DNA from: Candidatus Saccharimonadia bacterium
Lineage (GTDB): Bacteria > Patescibacteriota > Saccharimonadia > UBA4664
DNA: 64,000 nucleotides
Reading direction: 5' to 3'
Assembly: GCA_036488585.1 (NCBI GenBank)
Contig: DASXHH010000021.1
Location: 1,478 to 65,477 of the forward strand
This document shows, piece after piece, positions 46,292 to 56,452 of the stretch. Numbering within the stretch: the stretch's first letter is position 1; each line of letters begins with the position of its first letter. The notes beneath the pieces were generated by a model. That model searched no databases. It was not told the origin of the DNA and saw only the letters and a program-made list of their open reading frames with translations. The position numbers and the translations under genes were made by a program.

Positions 46292-47836
46292 ATGAGATAC
46301 GACCGCTTCAAAAGCCAGGTATTGGCTCTGTTTTTTGTCGTATCAATCGTGCCCGCCCTGGTCGTCGGCGCGGTCTGGTATTTTTACATCCAAACCTCGT
46401 CCACCAACTTCTTATTCCTTGACTTTAAAACCTTCGTACTACCGGTAATCTTGATTGGACTTATTCCGGCACTGTTCCTGAGCTTTCTCTTCGCCGAACT
46501 CCTAGTAAAACCAGTCAGACGTATCCGCGAAGCCGCCCTGGAACTAGCCCGCGGCAACTTTAAAGCCCAGTTTAAACGCGGCGGCGCCTGGGAGTTCGAG
46601 GACATCGGCACAGCTCTCGACAATGTTGCCGCCCGACTCGCCCAAACCGTCTCACAGGCCGCCAGCGAGCAGGCACTCATCGCAGCTGAGCGCAACAAAC
46701 TCCGTAGTGTACTCGACGCCATGACCGACGGCGTCTTTGCACTCGACCGTTCCGGCCGCATCATTTTGTTCAACAAGGCCGCCTCGGAGCTCACCGGCCG
46801 CGACATCTCGGAAGTAGCCGGCCAGTTGTCCGAAAAGGTCCTACCATTCCGCGCCGCCGGCCAGCTGGTAATGACTCGCTGGCTCGCCACCCACGCCGGC
46901 ACCGAGCACAAGATAGGGGAGTGGAAAGGCCTGGAGCTCTATACCGCGGGAGGCGGTAGCCTCTATGTAGACGTACAGGCCAAGGTTCTCAATGACGATC
47001 CCAATGGCATCGCCGCCCTCGTCACCTTCCACGATCTCACCAAGAGCCGCCAGCTTGAAGAAATGAAGATCGACTTCGTAGCCTTGGCCGCCCACGAGCT
47101 GCGCACCCCACTCACCGAAATCCGCGGCTATCTCGACATTCTGCAGCACGAAGCTAAAGGCCTCTCCAAAACCAACCGCGACTTCATTACCCGCGCTATG
47201 ATTTCCTCCAATCAGCTCGGCGGCCTCATGCATAACTTGCTAAACGTTTCACGCATCGAGCATGGCGAGCTCGGTTTCAAGCCAGTTGAAACCGACTACA
47301 TCCAGTTCACCAAGGACATCCTAAAAGAACTCTCAGACCGTGCCAAATCCCAAAACCGCCAACTCCACTTCAAGGCCCCACTACGTCTCCCTCTTGTCAT
47401 GGTTGATCCCACCTCTCTGCGCGAAGTCATTGTGAACCTGGTCGACAACGCCATTAACCACACTGAGCCCGGCGTTGGCGAGATCACCCTCACTATCGAG
47501 CACCGCAACCACGAGATCGAAACCACCGTCACCGACAACGGCTTCGGCATTCCGGCCGCCGCCATTCCGCACCTCTTCACCAAATTCTTCCGCGTGGGTG
47601 AGATGAAATCCGCCACCCGCGGCACCGGCCTCGGCCTCTATATCTGCAAGGCCATCGTAGAAGCTCATGGCGGCCACATTTGGGTCGAGTCCGAAGAGGG
47701 TCAAGGCAGCACTTTCGCGTTTCGTCTCCCCACCCGTACCATTGCGCACGGCCGCCACGCGGACGATAATGACCATATAAGCAGCATTACTCGAGGAGCC
47801 CATGGCTGGATCAAAAAAGACCATCCTGTTCATTGA
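46292..47836 (+). CDS. sensor histidine kinase (2 TM, HAMP, PAS-like, HisKA, HATPase_c)
   Basis: H-box LAAHELRTPLTEIRG, N-box VDNAINHT, G-boxes DNGFGIP and GTGLGL. Confidence 0.9.
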   Translation: MRYDRFKSQVLALFFVVSIVPALVVGAVWYFYIQTSSTNFLFLDFKTFVLPVILIGLIPALFLSFLFAELLVKPVRRIREAALELARGNFKAQFKRGGAWEFEDIGTALDNVAARLAQTVSQAASEQALIAAERNKLRSVLDAMTDGVFALDRSGRIILFNKAASELTGRDISEVAGQLSEKVLPFRAAGQLVMTRWLATHAGTEHKIGEWKGLELYTAGGGSLYVDVQAKVLNDDPNGIAALVTFHDLTKSRQLEEMKIDFVALAAHELRTPLTEIRGYLDILQHEAKGLSKTNRDFITRAMISSNQLGGLMHNLLNVSRIEHGELGFKPVETDYIQFTKDILKELSDRAKSQNRQLHFKAPLRLPLVMVDPTSLREVIVNLVDNAINHTEPGVGEITLTIEHRNHEIETTVTDNGFGIPAAAIPHLFTKFFRVGEMKSATRGTGLGLYICKAIVEAHGGHIWVESEEGQGSTFAFRLPTRTIAHGRHADDNDHISSITRGAHGWIKKDHPVH

Positions 47837-48182
47837 AGACGATAAGCCCATCGCCGAAATGTATTCCCGCATTCTCGAGCGAGAGGGCTACCACATTGAG
47901 TTTGCCTACAACGGCCGCGACGGGCTCGAGAAAGCCCAGGCCAAGCATTACGACCTCATCCTCCTCGACATCATGATGCCAGAGAAAACTGGTATCGAAG
48001 TGCTCCACGAGCTGCGCGGCGAGGATGGCCAGGGTCACCCCGACACCAAGATCGTCATTCTCACCAATTTGGCCCAGGACAAAACCAGCCAAGAAGCCCT
48101 CAAAGCTCAGGCTGACGGCTACATCATCAAGGCCGACATTGTCCCCAGCCAGCTTGCCGGCATCGTCGGCAAGCTTATCTAG
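47802..48182 (+). CDS. single-domain response regulator (receiver only)
   Basis: ILFIEDD...DLILLDIMMP...K with no output domain. Overlaps the kinase stop. Confidence 0.85.
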   Translation: MAGSKKTILFIEDDKPIAEMYSRILEREGYHIEFAYNGRDGLEKAQAKHYDLILLDIMMPEKTGIEVLHELRGEDGQGHPDTKIVILTNLAQDKTSQEALKAQADGYIIKADIVPSQLAGIVGKLI

Positions 48183-48453
48183 CCACGCTCATCGTCGTGC
48201 AAAATAACCATAAACTCGAACCCAAACATGAGCTTTATTAGAAATATTACCTAAGATCTTTCCTCGGGTTTCGGGCAAAATCTACTTATGCTCCAACTAT
48301 GAGCATTACCCGCCATTAGCTTCGCCTTTGCTAAGTGAAGACAAACTGATGCGGCACTGCGCACTACTGGTATCGATCGGCCCCAAAAAGGCGGATCGAT
48401 ACTTGTATTTAGGCCCATCCCGAAATCGGTCCCGCTTATCTTGTATAATAGTT

Positions 48454-48915
48454 ATGATGATATTTTTCGATGCTACCGGTAAACGGTGGAGGAAGATCAA
48501 GCTGTCGGCCGCCGGAATTACGGTCCTGGCCGTCACGCCAATGGCGTTGCTGGGCGTTGGCGCGGTGGTTTACCAACCCAAATGGAGCCAACTACCCGTC
48601 GCCCGCCAGGCCCAAAACCTCATCGACCAAGCTGCCACTATCGCGACGCAACAGGTAGCAGCCGCTACCCACCCCTCGCCAGCACCGTCGCCGGCCACCG
48701 CGACCCATACCAAGCAGCCCATAACCAAACTCAGTAGCGCGCCTGTGGCCAAAATCACCGCCCCATCCACTCCAGTACCCACGCCGGCAGTGCTATCGGC
48801 CCACACTAGCTCCACTCCACATGCTACGAGCACACCAGCACCCACCACCGCCCCATCTACGGCGCCGGGCAACAGCGGCAGCCACTCCAAGGGCACAGCC
48901 TCGCCCAAGCACTAG
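48454..48915 (+). CDS. membrane-anchored Pro/Thr/Ala-rich hypothetical protein
   Basis: One TM followed by a low-complexity region. Confidence 0.4.
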   Translation: MMIFFDATGKRWRKIKLSAAGITVLAVTPMALLGVGAVVYQPKWSQLPVARQAQNLIDQAATIATQQVAAATHPSPAPSPATATHTKQPITKLSSAPVAKITAPSTPVPTPAVLSAHTSSTPHATSTPAPTTAPSTAPGNSGSHSKGTASPKH

Positions 48916-50918
48916 CTAGCCTGTGCCTCTCCAGCTCTAGCCAAATGCTGGCCCTCGCGCTTCATCGCGCCCCAGCCTACCAGGTTGCCCTTAAGTACGT
49001 TAAACAACGATCGCACGATTACGTAGTACATCAACTGCCGATAGATAAGCCGCTGTGGTATCAATAACCATAGACTACTCAGGCGCTCGCCTGGCTCCAG
49101 TTTAAGCGCCACGCTCGCCACCACCACATCCGCCACCGAGTACGCTATAAAACTGCCGAGCACCAGCTGCGTGCGACCGCTCATCAGTCCCGCTATCACG
49201 CCCAAGTCAAACAGTGGCCCCATTAGCGGAAATATTATCTGGAACACCAGTAGATAGGGGAGGCCAATCAACCCCAATGTACCCTGGCGCGGATTAAAGA
49301 GCGACCGATGATGTTTCCAAACCGCCTGCATCGTCCCAAACGTCCATCTAAACCGTTGCTTCAGTAGCTCTCGCACCGTCGCCGGTGTTTCGGTGAAGGC
49401 CACGGCCGCAGCATCGTACACAATCGTGCAACCCTGCTCCTTAATCGCCAGCGTCAGATCGGTATCCTCGGCCAGCGTGTCCGACCAGAATCCTTGCACC
49501 TGGTACAGCACCGACTTGCGAAACGCCCCCACCGCTCCCGGAACCACCGTGATGCAATCAAACAGGTCGCACATGCGGCGGTCCAAGTTGAAACCCACCA
49601 CATACTCCAATGCCTGCAGCTTAGTAATCAACCGGTGGCGATTGGCCACCCGTGTGTTACCCGACACGGCCCCAACCTCCGGACGCTGAAAGTGCCGCAT
49701 TAGATTGCTAAGTGTATCGGGAGTAAACACGGTGTCGGCGTCGATCGCGACGATGTAATTGGTGAGCGACCGTTCGATGCCATAGTTGAGCGCCGAGGCC
49801 TTACCGCCGTTCGGCTTAGTCAGCACCTCCAGCCGTCGGTCGTTCAAGCTACGGGCGCGCGCCGAGGTGCGATCGGTAGAGCCGTCGTCCACCACTAACA
49901 CCTCAAACTTCGGGTAGTCGCTCGCTAGCACTGACTTTAGACAGGTCAATATCACCCGCTCTTCATTATGAGCGGGCACAATCACGGAACAAGCTGGCCA
50001 GCGTTGGGGCTCATGCCGTTCCCGCCGTCGCGCCTGCAACACGGCCGCCACCACTACTACCGCCATCCGCCCAAATCCAGCCACTACCAGCGCCAACATG
50101 CACCACCAGAGCCAATCCCAGGCCCTCGTCCAGGCGCCAAATAATAGCCCTGTCGCCGCCGCCAGCACACTATCCGTCCCAGCCACGGGCGGCATCAGCG
50201 CATCACGACTCACCCCCAGCACCTGGCTCATGGTCGCAAACCGGTACCCCTTCCGTTGGTAATAATCAATAATGGCCGGCAGCGCCGCCACCGTCTGCGA
50301 CCGATCGCCGCCACCGTCGTGCATCAAAATGATGCCGCCGGGCTGGCCCTCCGTCGCAGCACTCACGATGTACGCTACTCCCGGTCGCTGCCAATCGTCC
50401 GTATCAATATCCTCGTCGAGCGTCAGGTACCCATAACCATCCACAATCCGAATCAGGTCCTCCGACTGCTGCGTGAGGTTGTCCGACCCCAAGTACGGCG
50501 GCCTAAACAGCCTTGTTCCGTGCCCAATCTGCGACTCGATAATCAGACGGTTAACATTTAGCTCGGCCCGGATTCGCAGCTCCGACATTGTGGTCAAATC
50601 TGCGTGGCTGTAAGTATGGTTACCAATATCATTGCCATCATCATAGATTCGTTTGAGCATCGGCCGGCCAAGCGCTTGTTGGCCAATCACAAAAAACACC
50701 GCGTGCACCTGCTTTTGCCTAAGAATTGCCAATATTTTATCGGTATAAGCCGATGGGCCATCATCAAAAGTTAGCACTACCGTCTTCGGCGGAACATTCG
50801 CTACGTTCCATTGCCCGGAGTTGTCCACACTAAAAATACTGCCCGTCCCAGCCGCCCAAGCCAGTCCTGGCACCAGCAGCACCAGCCCGGCCCACAGCCA
50901 TTTCAGGCGTCTTGCCAT
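48912..50918 (-). CDS. bifunctional polysaccharide deacetylase (NodB) / family-2 glycosyltransferase (PNAG-synthase-like)
   Basis: NodB motifs TFDDGP and HTYSHADL. GT2 motifs VIVPAHNEE...VLVVDDGSTD, QxxRW (QRFRW). C-terminal TMs. Confidence 0.8.
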   Translation of the reverse strand: MARRLKWLWAGLVLLVPGLAWAAGTGSIFSVDNSGQWNVANVPPKTVVLTFDDGPSAYTDKILAILRQKQVHAVFFVIGQQALGRPMLKRIYDDGNDIGNHTYSHADLTTMSELRIRAELNVNRLIIESQIGHGTRLFRPPYLGSDNLTQQSEDLIRIVDGYGYLTLDEDIDTDDWQRPGVAYIVSAATEGQPGGIILMHDGGGDRSQTVAALPAIIDYYQRKGYRFATMSQVLGVSRDALMPPVAGTDSVLAAATGLLFGAWTRAWDWLWWCMLALVVAGFGRMAVVVVAAVLQARRRERHEPQRWPACSVIVPAHNEERVILTCLKSVLASDYPKFEVLVVDDGSTDRTSARARSLNDRRLEVLTKPNGGKASALNYGIERSLTNYIVAIDADTVFTPDTLSNLMRHFQRPEVGAVSGNTRVANRHRLITKLQALEYVVGFNLDRRMCDLFDCITVVPGAVGAFRKSVLYQVQGFWSDTLAEDTDLTLAIKEQGCTIVYDAAAVAFTETPATVRELLKQRFRWTFGTMQAVWKHHRSLFNPRQGTLGLIGLPYLLVFQIIFPLMGPLFDLGVIAGLMSGRTQLVLGSFIAYSVADVVVASVALKLEPGERLSSLWLLIPQRLIYRQLMYYVIVRSLFNVLKGNLVGWGAMKREGQHLARAGEAQAS

Positions 50919-52336
50919 ACCAGTTGTCCTTCCCGCACCGGTTTCACTAGCCGGCGATTCCGGGGATTCTCCAGAAATTGCCGAATAATCTTATAGCGAT
51001 CCAAATCAAACCTCTGCACCTCAGGCGTACTCTCCACGGTGCCGTCCTCAAGCTCCCGCAGCCGGGCCAGCAAACACCACTTGTCCACGACGAACCCCGC
51101 CGACCCTGGGATTCCCGGATGCTGCTCACGAATCAGAACTGGCCCGGCGTACGGCCAAGCCACCACCCTTTGGCGCTCAAACGCCGCCGCGAACCGCTCG
51201 TTGTACTCCCGCACCGGCTCCCGTCCCTCGCAGGCCCCCGCACACTTGCCAAGCTGCGTGGCGAAACACGCCCGGTTGGTGCGCTCCAGCCCCATCAGCT
51301 TCGGGCACAGCCGAAACCGCGAGCTCAGAGCGTGCAGCGACAGCCTAGCCCGGCCCAACGTCGTGTACACCGCCAACAGCCGCACCCCGTCCTCCGGGCT
51401 AATCTCGCGCGTGTCCTCGAGCTGCACGCTCGCATAGCCATTAGCATTGATCACCCGTGTCACCAGCGCCACCCGCTCCTTTTGCCTGAGCACCCGGTTA
51501 TACAGCGGCTGCAGCTCTTTCACTAGGTCGCTCTCAAGGAGCAGCGCACTCAGCTCGCCGTGGGTAGCAATCCCACGCAGCCGCTTCACCGTTTGCGCCA
51601 GCTTCAGCTCTGCACCCCGTTCGTAATCCGCTGAAAAGTGACTCATTACCCGTCGCCGAACCGTCACGCTCTTGCCTACATACAACGGCGCCCCATCCTT
51701 GTCCTCGAAAATGTACACACCCGGCCCCTCCGGCAGCGCCTCCACCTGGGCCCGGTCAAGCTGACTCGGAATCGATTGCGCCTTCAGCTGCAGCTTCACC
51801 GCTTCATCAATGGTATCGAGATCAAATTCCCGCAAGCACAACTGATAAAACTGCCACAGACAATGAGCATCATCGTACGCCCGGTGCCGGCTCGGCGCCT
51901 CAAGCCCGTGCCGCGCGATTAAGTCCGCCAACTTATGCGTGCGATATTCCGGAAACAACCGCCGGCTTAATTTCACCGTACACAACAGTTGCGGCCGAAA
52001 CGGCACTCCCAACCGTTCAAATTCCATCTTCAAAAATGCGTAATCGAACCGTACGTTGTGTGCCACAAATACCGCCCCATCCAGTACCTCGGCCAGCTGA
52101 TCCGCCACCTGCGCAAACCGCGGCGCCCCAGCCACATCCTCGTCTGTTATGCCGGTCAGCCCAGTAATAAAAGGGGGGATGCCCGATTCCGGATGCAACA
52201 AAGTCTGATATTTCGCCACCACACGCCCACCCTCCACGCGCACCACGCCCACCTCCAGCACCCGGCTGGTAAAGTGGCTCCCACCCGTGGTCTCAATGTC
52301 TACGAAAGCTAAGGGTTGGTCCAACACACCATTCAC
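50903..52336 (-). CDS. DnaQ-like 3'-5' exonuclease fused to a GIY-YIG nuclease domain (Cho/UvrC-N-like)
   Basis: Exo I FVDIETTG, Exo II VFVAHNVRFDYAFL, Exo III HRAYDDA, then GIY-YIG GVYIFEDKDGAPLYVGKS...R...E. Confidence 0.75.
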   Translation of the reverse strand: MNGVLDQPLAFVDIETTGGSHFTSRVLEVGVVRVEGGRVVAKYQTLLHPESGIPPFITGLTGITDEDVAGAPRFAQVADQLAEVLDGAVFVAHNVRFDYAFLKMEFERLGVPFRPQLLCTVKLSRRLFPEYRTHKLADLIARHGLEAPSRHRAYDDAHCLWQFYQLCLREFDLDTIDEAVKLQLKAQSIPSQLDRAQVEALPEGPGVYIFEDKDGAPLYVGKSVTVRRRVMSHFSADYERGAELKLAQTVKRLRGIATHGELSALLLESDLVKELQPLYNRVLRQKERVALVTRVINANGYASVQLEDTREISPEDGVRLLAVYTTLGRARLSLHALSSRFRLCPKLMGLERTNRACFATQLGKCAGACEGREPVREYNERFAAAFERQRVVAWPYAGPVLIREQHPGIPGSAGFVVDKWCLLARLRELEDGTVESTPEVQRFDLDRYKIIRQFLENPRNRRLVKPVREGQLVWQDA

Positions 52337-52406
52337 AACCCTTATGATAACAGATCATAAGCGAACTAAAAGCGAACATCCAGCATAAACCTGGTATAAT
52401 GCCCGC

Positions 52407-52991
52407 ATGGAAGAAATTGAAGTCAAATTTTTGGACATTGACGTGCCCAAAATCGAAGCCAAATTGCGCGAAATTGGCGCCACCAAAATGTTCGACCGCG
52501 TGTACCGGCGTAAAGTCTACGATTACCCCGACATGCGCCTAAACGCCCTGCATGCCTGGGTGCGCGTTAGAGATGAAGGCGACAAAGTGACCTTTGGCTT
52601 CAAACAGCGTACCGGCGTCACTAGCTCCGACGGCTCCAGTAACGACGGCGGCATGGACGAGGTAGAGGTGGTGGTCAGCGATTTCGATAAAACCGCTCTG
52701 CTGCTCGAAAAGATCGGCCTAAAACGCAAGTTTTACGAGGAAAACCGCCGCATTCGCTGGGCCAAAGGCGATCTGGAATTCGACATTGACCACTGGCCGC
52801 TCCTCAACCCCTATCTAGAGATCGAGGCCAAAAGCTGGGATCAGATCGACGCCGCCCTCAAGCTACTCGAGCTAAACCCCGCCGACAAGAAAGTGTTCTC
52901 CACACATCAAATATATAAAATGGCCGGCATCGAAGAGTTCGACTTCGACCAGCTCACTTTCGAGCACCAGCTCAAAAAAACCGAGGTCTAA
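52407..52991 (+). CDS. CYTH-domain protein (CyaB/thiamine-triphosphatase-like)
   Basis: N-terminus EIEVKFLDID with later R/K and E-x-E patterns of the triphosphate tunnel. Confidence 0.65.
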   Translation: MEEIEVKFLDIDVPKIEAKLREIGATKMFDRVYRRKVYDYPDMRLNALHAWVRVRDEGDKVTFGFKQRTGVTSSDGSSNDGGMDEVEVVVSDFDKTALLLEKIGLKRKFYEENRRIRWAKGDLEFDIDHWPLLNPYLEIEAKSWDQIDAALKLLELNPADKKVFSTHQIYKMAGIEEFDFDQLTFEHQLKKTEV

Positions 52992-53785
52992 AGCTCGGGC
53001 AGCTCCGGCCACATCTTGCGCATCAGCCTGTACACGTGGTCACGCACCGATTCCGGCGTGTGCTCATCTGTGGGCAGTACGATCACGTCCTTACCCGGAT
53101 CATCGGGATGCCGCAAGGCCCCGAACTTATGCGCCCGGTCGGCAGCGTCGCGGGCAATAATCTCTTCCCTCGTGTGCTCGCGTGATCGTTGCGCCGCCAC
53201 GTCGGGCGACACCGTAAGTAGCAACTTGAGCGCGGCATCCGGCGCCACGGTATGCGTAATATCCCGCCCATCGATCAGCAAATAGCCGTCAAACTCGTTG
53301 ATCTGGCGGCGCGTCAGTGTGTTTACCAGCTCCCGCACTTCGGGATGCGCCGCCACGCTCGAAATCGCGTTCCCCACACCCGGCGCCTTGAGCTGATCCT
53401 CAACCGAAGCCGGCATACCATCCATCCAAACCACTCCACCATGCATCTCGACCTGCCGCTCTCTTGCGAGTTTCATTAGCTGCTCTGCGCCCATCTGGCG
53501 CACCAGTTCTACCCGGCCTTTGGCCTCTTGCAGACCGGCCCATGTCACCGCCCGATACAAAGAACCGGTGGACAAATGTACCACCGGAACACCTTTGAGC
53601 CGCACCAGCTGCGACAGCTCCTCTATAAGCCGGCCTTTGCCAGTGGCTGTTCCGCCGTCCACCGCTACCACACGGCGGTTAGTTAGCTCTAGCGCTACCT
53701 CCGGCTCTAAGTTCATCGCACCAATCATGCCACGCTTGCCGGTAGTCGTCAACAATGTCATAATTAGGGTTAAGTTATGAAACAA
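52988..53785 (-). CDS. cmk: cytidylate kinase
   Basis: P-loop VAVDGGTATGKG and LIDGRDITHTVAPDAALKLLLTVSPDVAAQRS. Confidence 0.75.
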   Translation of the reverse strand: MFHNLTLIMTLLTTTGKRGMIGAMNLEPEVALELTNRRVVAVDGGTATGKGRLIEELSQLVRLKGVPVVHLSTGSLYRAVTWAGLQEAKGRVELVRQMGAEQLMKLARERQVEMHGGVVWMDGMPASVEDQLKAPGVGNAISSVAAHPEVRELVNTLTRRQINEFDGYLLIDGRDITHTVAPDAALKLLLTVSPDVAAQRSREHTREEIIARDAADRAHKFGALRHPDDPGKDVIVLPTDEHTPESVRDHVYRLMRKMWPELPEL

Positions 53786-55114
53786 TACCAGCGCTTCATC
53801 TTCGAATCCTATGAATTCAATCCCGATATCCGCGTAATTTCGCTACACTACAGCCTCGACGACGAACTTCATTTCACCGAAACCTTCACCCTTCCGGGGG
53901 AGCTCGATATCAACCCCCACCATCCCGACCTCGATCGTGCCCTATTTGCGCTACATTTGTCGGGCGGCGCCAGCTACTACAAAACCTACTGCCCACGAGC
54001 CATCGAAATCCGTAGCGGACAGCTAAGCGCCAGCCAGGCCAAGTTTTGGAACGAACTCTATACCCATGGTCTCGGGGAATTTTTCTACCGCAATCAACTC
54101 GACTTTCGGGGGCTTATTAAATTCCCGTCGCACCGCGATATCCACGAACCCAACCCCCAGACGCCCAGCCCCCGTACCCCCAAACGTGCCCTAGTACCGT
54201 TTGGCGGTGGCAAGGACTCTATCGTAAGCACCGAAATCCTGCGCCAGGGCGAACTCGACCTGTCGTTGCTGCGGGTTAAGCCGCATGCGCTCATCACGAC
54301 CCTCGCCGCTACGGCCAGTCTGCCGCTCATCGAAGTAGAGCGCACCATCGACCAGAAGCTCCTGGACAGTAGCCTCCCTGACGCCTACCTTGGCCACGTG
54401 CCCATCACGGCCCACCTCTCGTTCCTCGCCATCGTTGTTAGTCTGCTAGCCGGTTACGACAGTGTTTTCTTCTCCAACGAGCGTAGCTCGAGCTACGGCA
54501 ACGTCGATTACCTCGGCATGGAAGTAAACCACCAATGGAGCAAGTCACTGGAAAGCGAACAAGCACTACGCGCGTACATCTCGGCCCATGTTACGCCCGA
54601 TGTCCAATACCTCAATGTTGTTCGTCCCTTGAGTGAGCTTCATATTGCCAAGATCTTCACCCGCTATCCCGAGTACTTTAACCTTGCCACCAGTTGCAAC
54701 TTGAATTGGCGCCTTGTGGAACACGACCCCGGCCAGCCGCGCTGGTGTGGTCATTGCCCCAAATGCGCCTTCACCTTTGCGCTCATGGCTGCCTTTCTGC
54801 CATCGGACACCGTGATCGAAATGTTTGGTCGCAACCTGTTCGACAACGCCGCTCTGCTGCCGCTTTATAGGCAGCTATGGGGTACTGAGGGCTTCAAACC
54901 GTTTGAATGCGTGGGCACCCCTGAAGAAGCCCAAGCCGCTTGCTATCTGGCCCAAAACCAGCCCGGTTTCGCCGGCACACCGGTCATAAAAGCCTTCCAG
55001 CAGGAAGTAAAACTCGCAAGTCCCGACCAACTGGTGCACGAACTTATGACGCCTAACTTCAAACTTTCGCCGCCCATAACTAAAGAACTGCTGGCCAAAG
55101 GGGGAGTAGCGTGA
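53777..55114 (+). CDS. PP-loop ATP-pyrophosphatase-like protein of unknown function (candidate MurL-like epimerase)
   Basis: SGGxDS-type motif VPFGGGKDSIV and a Cys cluster CGHCPKC. Translationally coupled (GTGA) to murD. Confidence 0.45.
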   Translation: MKQYQRFIFESYEFNPDIRVISLHYSLDDELHFTETFTLPGELDINPHHPDLDRALFALHLSGGASYYKTYCPRAIEIRSGQLSASQAKFWNELYTHGLGEFFYRNQLDFRGLIKFPSHRDIHEPNPQTPSPRTPKRALVPFGGGKDSIVSTEILRQGELDLSLLRVKPHALITTLAATASLPLIEVERTIDQKLLDSSLPDAYLGHVPITAHLSFLAIVVSLLAGYDSVFFSNERSSSYGNVDYLGMEVNHQWSKSLESEQALRAYISAHVTPDVQYLNVVRPLSELHIAKIFTRYPEYFNLATSCNLNWRLVEHDPGQPRWCGHCPKCAFTFALMAAFLPSDTVIEMFGRNLFDNAALLPLYRQLWGTEGFKPFECVGTPEEAQAACYLAQNQPGFAGTPVIKAFQQEVKLASPDQLVHELMTPNFKLSPPITKELLAKGGVA

Positions 55115-56385
55115 ACATCCGCGAGCTAAACGGTCGTAACGTGTGCATTTTGGGTTACGGCCGTGAGGGCCAAGCCAGCCACCGTGCACTGCTCCGGTAC
55201 GCACCCGACGCCACTGTAACGGTAGCCGACGCCAACCCGGCCACCCATCCCGAGCCCGCTACCGAGCTCATTACTGGCCCGGATTATCTCGACAAACTCG
55301 GGGCGTTCGATGCCATCATAAAAACCCCCGGCCTCAAATGGCATCCCAGTGGTCCGGTGGCAGCCAAACTCACCAGCGGCACCCAGCTCTTCCTTGATTC
55401 GCTGCCTGCCGGCACCACCGTGATCGGCGTCACCGGCACCAAAGGCAAGAGCACCACCTCGCATTTGATTTACCGCGCTCTCGAAGCGGCTGGCAAAGAC
55501 GTACATCTGGCTGGCAACATCGGCGAGCCCATGCTCAACACCCTATCCCTCGCAAGGCCAGGTAGCTACTTTGTGCTGGAGCTATCGAGCTACCAGCTCG
55601 AAACCCTCCGCACCAGCCCGCATATCGCAGTGGTCACATCATTCTTTCCCGACCATACCGACTACCACGGCTCGCTGGCGGCCTACCTGGAGGCCAAGTC
55701 ACACATCGCTAAATTTCAGCAACCGGCCGATATCGTGTTCTACAATGCGCAGTACCCGGAGTGCCAGCAAATCGCCGCCGCCAGCGCCGGCCGACAGGTA
55801 GCCTTCACGGCTACAGACGCTCCGTCTGCCTTGCGCCACCTGCCCAACCCATCAAACGTTGCCGCTGCCTTTTTAGTAGCCCGCGAATGCGGCGTACCCG
55901 CCGCCACCGCCACTTTGGCCCTTGAGCAAGCTGGCACACTGCCGCACCGCCAACAATCGCTCGGCCTCATCGCGGGCATCGAATGGATCGACGATTCAGC
56001 CGCCACCACCCCGCAATCTGCCGTCGCGGCCGTACACACCTTCGGCGATCGCATCGACACCATCATCGTCGGCGGGCTCGACCGGGGCTACGATTTCGCC
56101 GAGCTCGGCCAGACCATCGCTGGCTCATCGGTCCGTCATGTCATCCTGTTTCCCGATACTGGCGCCAAAATCCGGCAGGCCATCGAGCACGCTTCCGGCC
56201 ATCCCGCTGCCCAGTTTTTTGAAACCTCATCTCTCCCCGAAGCCGTCACCTACGCCGCCAAGCACACCGCCCCCGGCCGCATCTGCCTGCTAGCTAGCGG
56301 ATCACCGAGCTACAACCAATTCAAAAATTACTACGACCGGGGCGACGCTTTCCAGCAAGCCATCAAAAACCTCTCCCAAAATTAG
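55111..56385 (+). CDS. murD: UDP-N-acetylmuramoyl-L-alanine--glutamate ligase (MurD family)
   Basis: N-terminal Rossmann VCILGYGREGQA and ATP site GVTGTKGKSTTSHL. Confidence 0.85.
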   Translation: MNIRELNGRNVCILGYGREGQASHRALLRYAPDATVTVADANPATHPEPATELITGPDYLDKLGAFDAIIKTPGLKWHPSGPVAAKLTSGTQLFLDSLPAGTTVIGVTGTKGKSTTSHLIYRALEAAGKDVHLAGNIGEPMLNTLSLARPGSYFVLELSSYQLETLRTSPHIAVVTSFFPDHTDYHGSLAAYLEAKSHIAKFQQPADIVFYNAQYPECQQIAAASAGRQVAFTATDAPSALRHLPNPSNVAAAFLVARECGVPAATATLALEQAGTLPHRQQSLGLIAGIEWIDDSAATTPQSAVAAVHTFGDRIDTIIVGGLDRGYDFAELGQTIAGSSVRHVILFPDTGAKIRQAIEHASGHPAAQFFETSSLPEAVTYAAKHTAPGRICLLASGSPSYNQFKNYYDRGDAFQQAIKNLSQN

Positions 56386-56452
56386 TTTCCACCCTAAATA
56401 GAAAGAGCCCATCGCTTAGGGCTCCTTCCCTCATTTTTAACTAGCTAATACG

